Shown here: positions 26,949 through 40,833 of the stretch, in pieces
Numbering within the stretch: position 1 is the first letter of the stretch
Layout: the number at the start of each line of letters is the position of its first letter
Assembly: GCF_009914755.1 (NCBI RefSeq)
Contig: NC_060937.1
Direction: 5' to 3' (one strand)
Length of the DNA: 64,000 nt
From: the human T2T-CHM13v2.0 reference genome, Homo sapiens
Position numbers and translations under genes: made by a program
Notes under the pieces: generated by a model
Seen by the model: the letters and a program-made list of their open reading frames with translations, nothing else
Told to the model about the DNA's origin: nothing
The model's database searches: none

Positions 26949-26961
26949 TCTATAAAAAATG

Positions 26962-27031
26962 ATTTATTTTAATTGCAAAAATATATTAGAATTCACATTT
27001 TTAAATGAATAAATCATATGTAATTAACATT
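26962..27031 (+). repeat. Dispersed direct repeat B, copy 2
   Basis: Matches 24652-24720 and begins just after the putative LTR end. Confidence 0.93.
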
Positions 27032-28389
27032 CAAATGTATGACATCCCTTCATGCAATGTTTTGTATTCTTTTTCATTACATACTATTTTCATAGATACA
27101 TATTTATCTTTTGAAAATAAGAGGTGATTTAGACTATTAGTTCTAGAACTTTAAACATTAGTTTTGTTAAGATCCTTTATATGAAATCAGAGGGTCATGG
27201 TGATTTTATCCCTCTTGTAGGTTGTCTGGTAAACATTTGAAACATGATTTAATGATTCAGCTGTCTGCAAAGTGGGAGGAAGAAATGTGGCCAGTTCCTG
27301 CAAAATAAAGTCACTTTGTTGAATTTCTATTTAAGCCTTTGTAACAGAGAGACACTACTTTTTGTTTCAGCTTTGATGACTTTTCAGGTCCTAGACAAGG
27401 ATGTGGCTGGCCTTTTCCTGGAGCTTCTGACTTCCACATCAGAAAAAAACAAAATGGCCCCAGAAAGAGTCCCTGTTGGATGCAATCATGATTGTACTTG
27501 GATATGTAAAACAGCTTCTTGACAATATAGTTTCTCTGAATTGGCCGTAGGTCTGTCTCATGGCTTCCCTTAGCATTTTCATGCTTTGTTTCAAACTTGT
27601 GCCTTTAAGCACTTATTCTTTGCTTACTTCCCAAATTATCAACCGGGTTTTTGAGAAAGGCCCAGAGTTTGCTCTCATTATATCTTTGTATTCTGATAGG
27701 TATAATTTCACTGATTAGGTCCAAATCTCAGACTTTACGGCAAGCCATTGTAACCTCTTTCCCTTCTTCTTGGAAAGTGATATCACTCCTGAATTTATAA
27801 TAAAAGGAAATAATAACTTTTTTCCCACCTAATTTATTTCTATATCCAAAGCCAATGTGTGTGTATATATATATATATATATACACATTGGAGATATATA
27901 TGTATATCTATCTATCTATCTGTCTATCTATCTATCCAAAGCCAATGTAAAGCAGATTTTTTAAAACATAAAATGAAGTTTCTCTAAAGTGCTTGTACTT
28001 AGTGGAAAACTGAAGCTCTTTCTTTTTCTAGCCGCTTTTGTGGAAACATTTTAGAATCTTTTTTTTATGTTGAAAATATTTTAATGTTTTTTTACCTAAT
28101 CTAAATCTCTCACATTAATTAAAATTATTTTTTGATCTGTTTAAAGAGGAAATTTGATTCCAACAGTAGGATTTCTCACTATTAGCATACGTGTCATACT
28201 CTTAGCAAATTGCCTTTTCTTTAAACGAGCACGAAATTTAGTTAATCAATTACATATATAGGTTATCATCCATTGACTTTGGCTGTCAGTTCAGTCCTCC
28301 ACAATCTAGTCAGTGTATTAGCCGTAAATTAATGCTGTTTGGTATACTAAATAAAGTTTAATATTTCTGCCAATAATTAACTCTTTATA

Positions 28390-28485
28390 ACAGCTTAATA
28401 TTTCTTGGCTTCTACTTAACTCCTGTGTGACCTTGGAAAGATTACTTATCTTTCTGATCTTTAGTTTTTTAATTTGTTGTCTATA
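28390..28485 (+). mobile_element. MIR fragment
   Basis: ctgtgtgaccttggaaagattacttatctttctgatctttagttttttaatttgt is the MIR core. Confidence 0.7.
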
Positions 28486-29308
28486 TATTGTCCACCTTAT
28501 GAAGAAGCTATGCAGATCCATAAAACCTTGCAAGGATATAAAGATGGATTGGGGTATTATTAGTATCTTCTCAGGAATAAAAACTATATTTTCTGGGTCC
28601 TAGAGAAGTACTTTTTCTGGTTGTGATCTAAACAAAATTTGATCATTCTGACTAATGCATCCAACCAGCCAGGTTTAAAAAGTTTAGAGAATCCAGAAAA
28701 ACTGTGTATCATTTTTCCAAAGTGTCAAATATTATAGTATAGCTTGAAGCACTAAAGTTTATTTCACTATTTATAAAGATTGGCATTATTCATAAGGGAG
28801 AAGGATGAGTAATTTCTTGTATTTTGGCCACGCATGAAACAAAAGTATATTCGTAATTATAATTGCCAAATACAGAAAAAGCTATGAAACAAGCAGAATA
28901 GCATTATTGTAGAAACATTGACTGCCCCCAATTTTTTTCTATATGTTACACCTCTTCTTCATTATTGAGTAAAATGTGACATATTTAATTTTCCTTTATT
29001 TACAATGGAGGTTTCTCTAGAGTGATAAGTAATAATATGATACATAGGATATTAGTGAAAACGGAATATAACTAATCAGACATCTATAAGTTGTCTGATA
29101 CTCAAAGCACAATATTGAATAGATTTAATTAAAATTTTCTGTTTTAACACAGTTTAATTTTGAGAAGGGGAAGTAGGAGTAAACAAAATATGTAAACACA
29201 ATTACTCTTTTACTATTTAAACCATAGGGGAAATCTTTATAATTGTATAAGATAATTATATAAAATATATAATGTTTCTTATCATTTAAATAGTCAATAT
29301 AAGAATGA

Positions 29309-29664
<356 letters not shown>

Positions 29665-30023
29665 TATATACTCTTGTACTGAACAAATTTGCCATGAATC
29701 TATTCTTTATGTTATCCATAGCAATTTTTTTCCTTTCCTCAGAGATACTAGTTAAACTAATACACCAACCAACTGGATAATTCAAGGCATTTGGATGTAC
29801 ATCTGCAATAGTCACGGAGAAAAAAAATACATCCCGTTTAGAGTTTCCCAAAAGAGCAAGAATGGATATTAGTATTTCCATTTAAAAAGAGATTATTCTG
29901 AGCTTTAGACAGTCACATAACTCATGTCCTACAGAAGTTTGATTCTATTTTTAGAAAAGTGTTTAGAAAAGTAGCATGTTATGTAACCATGCTGGGAATA
30001 ATAAAAGGCTTTATTTTGAAAAT

Positions 30024-30140
30024 CTACATATACCAGGCTCTGTGCTCAGGCCTTTAACTGTGTAATGTCACATATTCTTCACAATAACCCTACAAGTTAC
30101 ATTGCATTATTTTCTCTATTTATGGATGAGGAAAATCTGA
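30024..30140 (-). mobile_element. MIR fragment
   Basis: ccaggctctgtgct...tcacaataaccct...ggatgaggaaaatctga. Confidence 0.7.
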
Positions 30141-30429
30141 TCTAGAATGGATAAGAATATTGAAGGTGTTTTTTATTTTATAGAACTTTTTTTTCTGTTA
30201 GTCATAAACCATTTCAGAAAAGTAAAACTGCACACATTAGTAGAATGTCTCAACTTCTGTGCCAGTATTATATATATATATATATATATACCACCTAGTA
30301 TATGCTTAATAAATTCAGTGTCACTGTCATATGATTTTGTGTTACTTATTATAACAATGCCTAAGTTACTTTTTTAGGTTCTTTATGGTCTATGTTAGTC
30401 AGAATAATTTCTTTTCAACTTTCTTACAG

Positions 30430-30433
<4 letters not shown>

Positions 30434-30488
<55 letters not shown>

Positions 30489-30715
30489 TACACACACATG
30501 TGTACACACACACATAAATATGTGTGTGTGCCTGTTTGTGTATTAAATGAGTGTGTATATATATATATACATATATATGTATATATATACACATATATAT
30601 ATATATGTGTATATATACTCCCTGATTCAGGGAATGTGTGTGTGTATATATATATGTATTAAATATACATATGTATAAATTAAATATGTGTGTGTGTATA
30701 TATATTTACACACAT
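30434..30715. repeat. Complex (TA)n/(CA)n/(TG)n microsatellite
   Basis: Alternating purine-pyrimidine tracts read directly from the sequence. Confidence 0.95.
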
Positions 30716-31332
30716 TTAATCCATGCATTTTTAAATTAATATTCTAACTATTTAGATTAAAAATATTGTTTATTGATATATAAAAGCAACTATAGGATCA
30801 AGGCATCAAAGTTGCATTGAGTTTTCTTCTTATATAATTCAACATTTGTTAAATAACACAAATGCGTCCTAATTTTGAAAATATCTCACTAAAAAAAAGG
30901 GAATGATATTCCTGTGCCTTTCCCTCAAAAAGGATAGCTCTAGTGCTTAGAAAATAAATCATCTATGATTTACTCTAATAGCTAAATCATTCTGGAGTAC
31001 CAACAAAAAATCAGGAAGCTACTCTGCATGGAAGGTTTTGAAAAATGCAGTAACATAATATTAATTGACAATTTGATATATGAACATTTGTGGAGCTGGG
31101 GATATTTTCTAAAAATTACAATAAATACATTTTATTTTAGGAAAAAATACACATAAATTGCGTGAACATCCTGACTGCTATAAGCCTACACATTATTTTG
31201 ATGTGAGTAGAATAATTATACAACAACATAGCATTCCTAGGCCACTAATTCACAGATCTAATTCTTAAAATCATTCCAGGTGTCCTAAGAGAAATGAAAT
31301 ACTGTTCTAATAGAAGTTTAGTGTAATCCTTG

Positions 31333-31387
31333 TGTCAAAGGATTTTTAGGGTGTTGCTTTTCCAGCCAGAAACCTCTGCGGGTGGTG

Positions 31388-31422
<35 letters not shown>

Positions 31423-32840
31423 GGTCCGCTGGGCTTGTTCCACCCACTCAGCCTTGTATGCTGTGCTCCGCTTGTGCTACTGGCCGGGATCCTATGTCTG
31501 CCATGGGTGAGCCAGGTGCAGAGTAGTGAGGGATGCGTGAGCAAATGAGCCCAGGGTCTAGCCACTGCGCAGAGCCAGATATGCCAGCTGCTCTGGCAGC
31601 ACGGGCAGCTCCAGGTGCCAATACAGGTGCTGGCTCTGTGCAGGGGTACTGCTGGATCAGATGTACTGCAAGCAGCCTCCACTGTGGGCACCTGCATGTA
31701 GATGAGGGAAACATGGTGGCGTCTAGAAGCTTGGAGACGCCAGGAACCACAGAGCCCCAAAGAGGGTGTCACACCCCTGACTCAGAGGGCCCGTAGGTCT
31801 TTTCTTCTCAAAAGGCCACAGCTCTTTTCTCCTTCTCATCACCCACAATGTGGTGAGAGGGGTAGGGCATGTTTCAACCCTGATTGTGTTACAGCTCTTT
31901 CAGTTCTGCCATTCAGAGGGACCCAAGTACTTGGCCAGTGTCCAAGAAGAATGAGGTATGCAGACAACAGGAGGGTGAGCGAGCCAGAGAGGAGCTTTAC
32001 TGAATGACAGAACAGCTCTCAGGAGACCCAAAGTGGTAGCTCCTTTCCCCAGGCAGTGTGTGAGTCTAGCTGAGTCTGGGAAGTTTAGGTCCTCAGAATG
32101 GAGGAAGTGCATGTTGATTGGTACATAGGCAGCCATGGATGGGCCCGGAAAAAGACCATCCAATTGGCCTAATGGCCATCATTGAAGTTCTCACTCCAGT
32201 CTGCTGACTTTGCCTGGAACTGGTAGCCTGGCCCCCACGCTTCAGGCCATCCCTGGCTTGAAGGTGGGGTTTCACTGGATACCCACCCCTTCCTGCCTAG
32301 GAACCTGTCTTCCTTTAAAATGTTGTCCATGGCGCCTAGGCTGTCCACACCAAGAGGCACCTTCAGGCCCATGCCCAGTGACCCTTAGCACACCTCCAAT
32401 ACCCCTTCCGCTCTCATTGGCACTCAAAATTCGGAGCAGGTCGAGTTGGCAGGGGGCTGGTGTATCAGCAACCCCCTGAGCATGTGCACATCTGGCCAGG
32501 TTGTGACAGTATCCAGGCTTGGCCACAACTTTCCTCACCCCTGGAGTGGGCACTGAGAGCAGAGAGAGGCCAGGGAGTGGGATCAGGCACTTTCAAGCCT
32601 GTGGGGGCAGGAGACTTCCTGGGCCCCCAAGAGCGCAGGGATGCCATGGTCTGAAGCTGCGGCTGGGAGGCTGCTGCTACACCTGGGAGCATGGGCCCCT
32701 GACCCACCAACTCAGTAAGTGGTGGGGCTCTTGCCTGTTCTCAGTTCCCCCAGGCTCTGCAGAGCGCACATCCCCACACCTCAACTGCTGCAGTCGGCAT
32801 CCTCGCAGCGGCCGCTCCAGATGGGTTGTCACTGCCATCA
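31333..32840 (-). mobile_element. MER52-type ERV1 solo LTR (~1.5 kb)
   Basis: TG...CA termini (tgtcaaaggatttttagggtgttgcttttccagccagaaacctctg ... gcagcggccgctccagatgggttgtcactgccatca). 4-bp TSD cttg at 31329-31332 and 32841-32844. GC-rich. Confidence 0.88.
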
Positions 32841-35669
32841 CTTGTAACTGGGAAAAACTCTTGAAGATATTGAATGCAGCTATTCTCTTGGCCTGGCCCT
32901 TTAACTTAGAGATCTTAAGCTGTATCTATAATTATCACTTTGTTTCAATTAAGTTTTCCCATTTTATGTGACAGTGATAATTTTTACTTGTGATACTTGT
33001 TTTTCTATTTATCATCTTTATAATCATTTATTACTTATTCATTTTTCACCCATGCAAAAATAAAAATTGTAGACAAAAAGCATTGCCCTAACATTTTGAA
33101 GAATGCAAAAGTGAGGATGACATATTGACTTAATGATGTGTTAGCCTAATGCAGAGAAGATGAGGCAAACAAAATATGCAGCGGAAGTTGAATACATGAA
33201 CAATAACTATGTTTCATATAACTTTGTTGTCTCGCCATCCAGTATTGGAAAACTTGAGCTCGATGCATATCTATTGAAAGAATGAGTGAACTGCTGTTTC
33301 AATATCAAAGCATGACTTTGAAACACAACACAAATAAAAAAACACAATAATAAATGCAGTGATACACTATGTTATATTCTGAGTGGTGTATAAACTCTTT
33401 TTTCAAGAATCTGAGAGTTATTACTGACTGTGGCTCTTCTCTACCTTGCTCTATCATCCTTATCTGTCTTGCAACTCAGAACAAAAATCACTCTCCAGAA
33501 TGATAGCTGATAGGCTATGTCTGACCTAATAAATTTTGATAAGTCAGGAGTTTTTGCAACTCACCTGAAGGCTTTGATTTAGAATCTGTAGGCCTGGGTA
33601 CATGAGATGGCAGGATACAAGGGTACTAAAAAGATGGGACTCTATGAGTAAGTAGTGAGGAGAAAGTACAAAATGGGTAAAGAATTTTCCAGATGCTGTC
33701 AATTTTGTTGCCTTTATCTTCCTCTAATCTCCACATTCTATTTCTTTTATAGATGGGACCAACTGATGATCAAAACCAAGTTCAGTCTTGTATTGTCTTG
33801 ATAGAACCTACACTATTCTAGCCTTTCTGGGAGATAATTTCTATTCATTTGCTCTGGGTTTCAGCATAAAATTATCTTTTTGCCAGTTTAATCCTAAATT
33901 AATGAACTTATTCCTTTAGATAGGTTTTTTTTTTGCCATTTTCTTGAGTTCTGCTTTCTGTTTTGTTTCAACTTGAAATTCGAAGCACCAAGTTCTTTCC
34001 TCTGAACCCCATTCCAAAGGCTATATCCTCCTGTTCTATGAAAAAAATTATCAGAAATCAAGAGCACGAATTCCTGCACAGTCAAGAGTTACTCATCATT
34101 GATTACTGACCTCCAGTCCATCTTCTCAAATATCTTGCTTATTTTTCTTGAGTGCACTGTCTTTATATCGTTCAGATGCCTGGTTCTAACTTCTAAACCA
34201 GACTTTTTCCAAGCATCTATCCCACTCTACCTTTTAAGCTTGGTTACAGTTTCTAATCCTTCTTGTTTTATACTATAGTATAATCCTAGTTATGGAACAA
34301 AAAGTGGGTCACAACGTAGATGCAGCTGCAGAAAGAGACATAGTTATGAGCCAGCTCAGGATATATAGGACTACAGAGGAAGCAGCCTGAAGACATTGGA
34401 GCTAATCTTAAACTGTAAGGAACCCTAAAGGGAGCAGAATCATAGCCTGTGAGAGTAAGTAGAGGGAAGTAGGGCTAGACCTAGAAAAGAAGCTAGCTTA
34501 GCCATTTGACAGGCACGAACCTGGGAGATGTAAGTTAAAAGTTAAATGATTTTCAGATTTATCTTAGTATTCTGCTATGCTTCTGGCTTCCAAGGGTATA
34601 CCCAGGAGTCTGCATTAGAAGCCTTTGGTTTGTTTCAGGTCTGATGAGCCAAGAGATTAGAACTGTACTGCATTGGGTTAAGTATGCTATGATCGATCGA
34701 TAGAAAAAGGATCTTGTAGTACACCCTTGGTTCTAGGCAACCTCTCATAATATGGATAGGTCTTACAGATTTAGGTCAAAAGAGGTTTAAATAATTTTCT
34801 GGATATATCTTGTTTTTTCTGAGTCCTCCAGCATTGAAAAGCAGGAACCAAAAATAAGATTCTTAAAGTCACAATTTTAACATTGTTTGCTGCAGAAGTA
34901 GAGAATCTGAGAGTTCAACACTGTCATTTCCTCATCTTTTGCATTCATTGGTAGCACACACAGATGCTAGGACAGTTGGTTTCATTGGCAGTGAGTCTTT
35001 ATTACTTGCAAGAGTGTGCCCCGCACCCCTGGGTCTGTGCCTTCTGAGAATTCTGACCATCTGCCCTTCAGGAAAGCTTTTTACCCAAAGTGCATTAGAT
35101 TATCTTGCTCAATTTCAATACATACCAAAACTGAGCCTCCCGGCATTCTGGAAACCATGGTATAAATAATGCTTAGATAAATTGGTGTCCCAGTTTCCAT
35201 ATACTCTATCCTTATTATAAAAATATCATCCTCATGGACACAATTGTCTCCAAGAGAGAAATAATACATTTCTATTGTTCAGAAAGCCTGTTCCATCTAG
35301 TGATATTTTTCTAAAGTATGTACATACTAATCATAGGGAAATTCTCTTATAGGCAGGATTATTATGGTTCATTTCCTATTGTCTTTGTTTAGTGGAATCT
35401 GTTTTTTCTTCAGAGTGAAAATTAGATGGCTAAAAGCCCCTGAGCCATGATGGGAGTTCAATTGGTTGTCAAATATGTTAGCCAGTGAAAGTCCATGACT
35501 GCATATTCAGAAACACTTGTAAGGTTAAGAACTGCCCAGTTTTAAGATGATGCAAAGCTGTATATTTTTGTTTGCTTGTTTGGTGGAACTGTCATACAGA
35601 GTTATTAGTACAAATGTGGAACTCAATTTGTGAAATGAGTCCCGAGAATAAAATAATAGTTTAGTCACA

Positions 35670-36130
35670 TATACTATGTATCATAGGCTGATGTCATGTC
35701 ACCTTCAGGGAGTGTTTAACCAAACAAAAAAAGGTCAGGCAATTGTGGAATTCTAAAAGGGTGGGTCAAGCCATGCTATTAGCAAATAAAGGGAAAAGTA
35801 GATAAAATGCTTCTAGACTAGAAAAATTCAGGGATGGGCAGGAACAGGAAGCATTATCCTTGGGCATCATAGTATTTCAATCATAGTGGAACCAGTGAGT
35901 CACTTCTATTAGGGAATAGGATGAGAAGGGAAGACACAAAAACAATATAGTTGTTCAGCTGCTCTGAAACTGGGGGTCTGTGAATATAGTTGGGATCACT
36001 AGCAGGACTTGCACTGATCAATACTGAGCTACTGACCTGTAAAGCTTCTCTGTCTGTGGAAAAGGTCTAGCACAGGATTAACCTAACAGTCTCTTGCGTG
36101 ACAGTCGGTGGTGTCGAGAGAGAGAGAGAA
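35670..36130. mobile_element. Possible ancient LTR (MamGypLTR-like)
   Basis: Weak recalled similarity of aacctaacagtctcttgcgtgacagtcggtggtg to Gypsy-type mammalian LTR ends. Confidence 0.25.
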
Positions 36131-37342
36131 CACATAAGCTTTTACATGCGGAATCCAGTTGCAGGATATTTAAAGCCTAACAATATAGCCACAGCCAATG
36201 CTACAACTTAGTGATGAGGGCTAAGATACACAGTCTCCATTTTTCCTTTCTTATTTTAGATATGGTTCTAGTTCCATTCATATCAGAAGAGATACAACCT
36301 TATACCTCTCCACAGAATCCACGAAGAGTGAAAAAGAAACCAGCAAATGCAGAAAAGAAGACTAATGTTCATTCAACAGCTCATATGTGTCTGGCATGTG
36401 CTAAGTGCTTTTCCTATTTATTTCATTTGAAAGAAAAGCCTCGGTGTTATTTTCACGGTAGAATTTTTTTTCTAGAAGTATATTATTTGATGTATAATTT
36501 GAAATGTTTATAAGAACATAATACAATTGTTCTTATAAACATAGTATAAACATGTTCTTATAAACATAGTATACATAGGTAGTATAAAAATATTACCTAT
36601 TTTTAAATGCATTTCATGGCTTTCTTCTCACTTGTAAGTAAACTATGTAAGAATATGTGTAATTGCCATTCTTGCTTATCATGACTTTCCCCGCTGGTTC
36701 TCAAAAACTTTTTACTGATTTGAATGAATGAATGCACAGATATATGGGAGCTAAATCACCTTGTCGGGAGCCATGATCTTTAAATTCAGGTGTATGCATT
36801 CCAGACTTTGTACAGATGATTTAACAAAATTTGAAAAATAAATATAATTTCAAAATCGATTTCTTGTCTTATAAAATGTATATTTTATATTTTATAATTT
36901 ATATTATATAGTAGTAATCAGTATATAAATATATATAACCACATAAACAAAAGAGAGTCTTTTTTTTTCATAGATAGAGGTTTGTGACCAAAAACTTTCT
37001 AGATCCCTAGACCAGATCATGTCAGATAAATCTACGTATAGTTGATAATTCTCCCACCACATATCCTGGAGCTATAAAGACAAATATACACTGTGTTTAT
37101 ACACCACTAATGCTTGTTTGAACAAAGTTAGCCATATTGAAAAAGAGGAAAATAGATTAAGAAACGTAGTTCATTAATAACATTATGTATCCACAGTCAT
37201 TAGTCAATGAATTATTATGTTTTTTATTTTATACTTTCTATTACTGTCTAAAGTGAAATTCATCAGGATTAATCAGTGAAATAAACTCAGCCTCTGAGGA
37301 GTTCATATCTCACTTGATCTGAATTTCATCTAGGAGCTATTA

Positions 37343-37685
37343 GAGATGGAAAGTTTGCATCCCCTGAAAATTTATTTGTTGAAATCCTGACCTTTAATAT
37401 GATGTATTGATATATGGGGCTTTGAGGAGGTGATTAAGTCATGAAATGGAGTCCTCATTAATGGGATTAGTGCCCTTGTAAAAGATAGCCCAGAGAGCCT
37501 CTTCCTTTTTTGCTGCCATGTGAGGAGAGAGCCATCTATGGATGAGGTAGGAATTGGGCCCTCACCAGAACCCAATTATTCTGGCATCCTAATCTAGGAC
37601 TTTCAGCCTCTAGAACTGTGAGAAATAAATTTATGTTTTTTATAAGGCACTCAGCCTATGGTAGTTTGTTATGGCAGCCTAAGAC
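37343..37685 (+). mobile_element. MLT1A-type MaLR LTR
   Basis: ggggctttgaggaggtgattaagtcatga...aatgggattagtgcccttgtaaaag...cagcctctagaactgtgagaaataaattt. Confidence 0.85.
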
Positions 37686-38579
37686 CCTATTTAGTCTAAA
37701 ATAGGGTCTTAGACCTAAACCATAAATAGATACTAAAATTTGCATCAACAATAAAATACTAGATTGAATAAAATCTTGGGATTGGGAGGAAAGCTAGAAA
37801 TTACTTATTTTATACTGAGTCATCTTTCTGGGAGGAATTAAAAGACCTATGACTCTTAAGACACTAAATGGAACATTTGGTTAAGAGGAGGAGTGGGGGC
37901 ACATATTGATCTACTCTAATTCCCAGGATAATGTTCTTTCTATTACATTAAAGTAAATAAAAATCAGAGACATAGACATTTTATTTTATTTTTCAATTCA
38001 GTGGTATGAGCGCTGCAGTATTTTAAATATTTGAAAGAGATTAAGAATGGCACCATACAAATTTTTTAAAAATTTGTTAAATTTGTGGTTATTATATACA
38101 TATATTAATTCATTTTATGAATTAATAAACACACACAGGAGACAGAAAGAATAGTGAGAACAAAACATTTATAAAATTTCATCCTAAAAGCAAAATTTGT
38201 TAATATATATACAAACACAAAGGAGACAGAGAATAGTGAGATCAAAACATTTATACAATTTTATACTAAAAGCCAGATATTTTATTACAGTTTAAAATTT
38301 GCTTTTTTGATTCACATTTATATTATTCAGTTTTTCAATCAGAATTTATACAATTGAACACAAATATAAAATGATATTGACTTGTATATCATTTACTGTG
38401 ATTAAATTAGTCATTATTTTGGTACAAATGAAAAAAATATTTAGAGAAAATTATTTTACTCTGATTTAAAAAATTGATATTATTTCTGCATAACTTTAAG
38501 AGATTCTCATTGGGAAAATATTGACCAAAGAAATGGTGTCGATTTACATGTTTTATTTATAAAATTGAGAAAAGTCATA

Positions 38580-38985
38580 TATTGGGCAGAAACCTGGTGC
38601 ACCTTCTCAGGTGTGCTGTATTGCCTGTTGCTTCCATGAAGATCAGCACTCATCATTAGATGGCTTTCCACTTTCAGATGGGACACTGATGATGAGCAAG
38701 CAATGTAAGTGACCTGTCTGGAGGGATAAACTTAGCCAACACAAACTCAAAGGTAAGGGGTAGCTGGTCAATTACATACCCTTTCTTTTCTATCTCTGAT
38801 AGACTCCTCCAAGAGACAGTTTTATTCTTCCACCTTAGCAGCTATATTCTATAACGTCAAACTAACAGAATGCCTGGGAGCACTCCTTGTCTTTCCGGGC
38901 CTCTTTAGAGCAGTAGGTAGCACAATCAACACACCTCACCACATTGTTTCACGCCATTCTTTGCCTCAGGTGTCTTTTTCCCATA
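38580..38985. mobile_element. Possible LTR16/LTR33-like ERVL LTR relic
   Basis: GC-richer block ending ttctttgcctcaggtgtctttttc. The similarity is only weakly recalled. Confidence 0.3.
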
Positions 38986-39028
38986 GCCTCACCCCTTAGA
39001 CATATAACTCAAAAACAGTCACAGCACC

Positions 39029-39709
39029 GGAGAGGATGTGGAGAAACAGGAACACTTTTACACTGTTGGTGGGACTGTAAACTAGTGCAACCATTGTGGA
39101 AGACAGTGTGGCGATTCCTCAAGGATCTAGAACTAGAAATACCATTTGACCCAGCCATCCCATTACTGAGTATATACCCAAAGGATTATAAATCATGCTG
39201 CTATAAAAGGCACATGCACACTTACGTTTATTGCAGCATTATTCACAATAGCAAAGACTTGGAACCAACTCAAATGTCCATCAATGATAGACTGGATTAA
39301 GAAAATGTGGAACATATACATCATGGAATACTATGCAGCCATAAAAAAGGATGAGTTCATGTCCTTTGTGGGGACGAGGATAAAGCTGGAAACCATCATT
39401 CTCAGCAAACTATCGCAAGGACAGAAAACCATTTGCCTCATGTTCTCACTCATAGGTGGGAATTGAACAATGAGAACACTTGGACACAGGATGGGGAACA
39501 TTACACACCGGGGCCTGTCGTGGAGTGGGGGCAGGGGGGAAGGATAGCATTAGGAGATATACCTAATGTAAATGACGAGTTAATGTGTGCAGCACACAAA
39601 CATGGCACATGTATACATATGTAACAAACCTTCACGTTGTGCACATGTACCCTAGAACTTAAAGTATAATAATAAAATAAAATAAGATAAAATAAAATTT
39701 AAATAAAAA
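39029..39709 (+). mobile_element. 5'-truncated L1PA4/5-like element
   Basis: ORF2 C-terminal peptide [29 protein letters not shown], 3'UTR and A-rich tail. Perfect 18-bp TSD aaaaacagtcacagcacc at 39011-39028 and 39710-39727. Confidence 0.95.
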
Positions 39710-40833
39710 AAAAACAGTCACAGCACCTACGATTCTTACTACATGATTAAAGATAAACTATGGATAATTATGTACACATGTATGTATGAATGTATATGTA
39801 TGTGTGTATATATACACATAAATATGTATGCATTTGTGTATATACCTGCATTTAAAGGAAACAATAAATGTTAATATTACACCAAAAAGAACATTACACC
39901 AACAACTAATGCATTTCTGGATGTTATAGAAATTTGCATATGCAGTAGGAATTGTTAAAAATATTGTAGTTTTATTCTTCCACATTCAACAAAGTTTTTT
40001 TTAGCCAAAAAATATTTCTGTTGAGTTTTCAAATGCAAATTCTTGTTCAAGCTGTGATAGCATCATAAATGATGAATGGTTCACATCAAAACATGCTCAG
40101 TAAGAATAAAAGTTATAATTCTATGATGTTTTCTGATGAAAAGCAAAGGAGAGTGTCAAGGATCTTTTAAAATATGTACATTTCATTTGTATTTAATAAG
40201 TGACAATTTCTAAAGACAAAGAATGGTGTACTTCTATTGTATAGAAGAGTATTGAAAAAAGTGGATACTTTACCATCATTCTTCATGCAATTTGAATACA
40301 TGTCTCTACTTTTGCTGGAGTGGTTTTTATTTGCTGCAGCTTTCCAGTTTGTTACAGTTTTGTGGCAAGATGATCATATTATCTTTTTACTATGTACAAA
40401 ATTATTTTGCATTCCACTACAAGCTTCTCTTTCATTTCTTTAATTGCCATATATCTATTTTTATACATTATTTTAGGTATTTTATTTGTATTGCTGTTGT
40501 TGAAGGGCCTACTTGTTCATATTTTTAAAGTTATACTTCTGTTATACGCTTTTAGTTTTTTGTGTGTAGGGGGATGAATATTTTCATTTTGACCATCATG
40601 TTAGCACGATAATATATCTTAATCTCAGTGATAACTAAGACCTGTGGTTTTAAAATTGAATACTATTCAGCCTTTATAATTGTGATGAACAATTAGGTGG
40701 AGTTTCACAGTAAGTTGTTTTGAGGCATTATTTCAAAAAGTAATGTATTTGTCTTTACTACTGAAGAGCTTTGTACTGAATCAACAAAGCAAAATATACA
40801 TAGTTAACATAAAATACATACTTGAAACATAAT

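Noticed and set aside
31330-32971. Cluster of overlapping ORFs in a GC-rich block, resembling a CpG-island gene
   Set aside because: Explained by the MER52 LTR (termini and TSD). GC-rich DNA has few stop codons.
36860-37010. Possible hAT-Charlie terminal fragment
   Set aside because: The similarity is too weak and AT-rich to call without a search.
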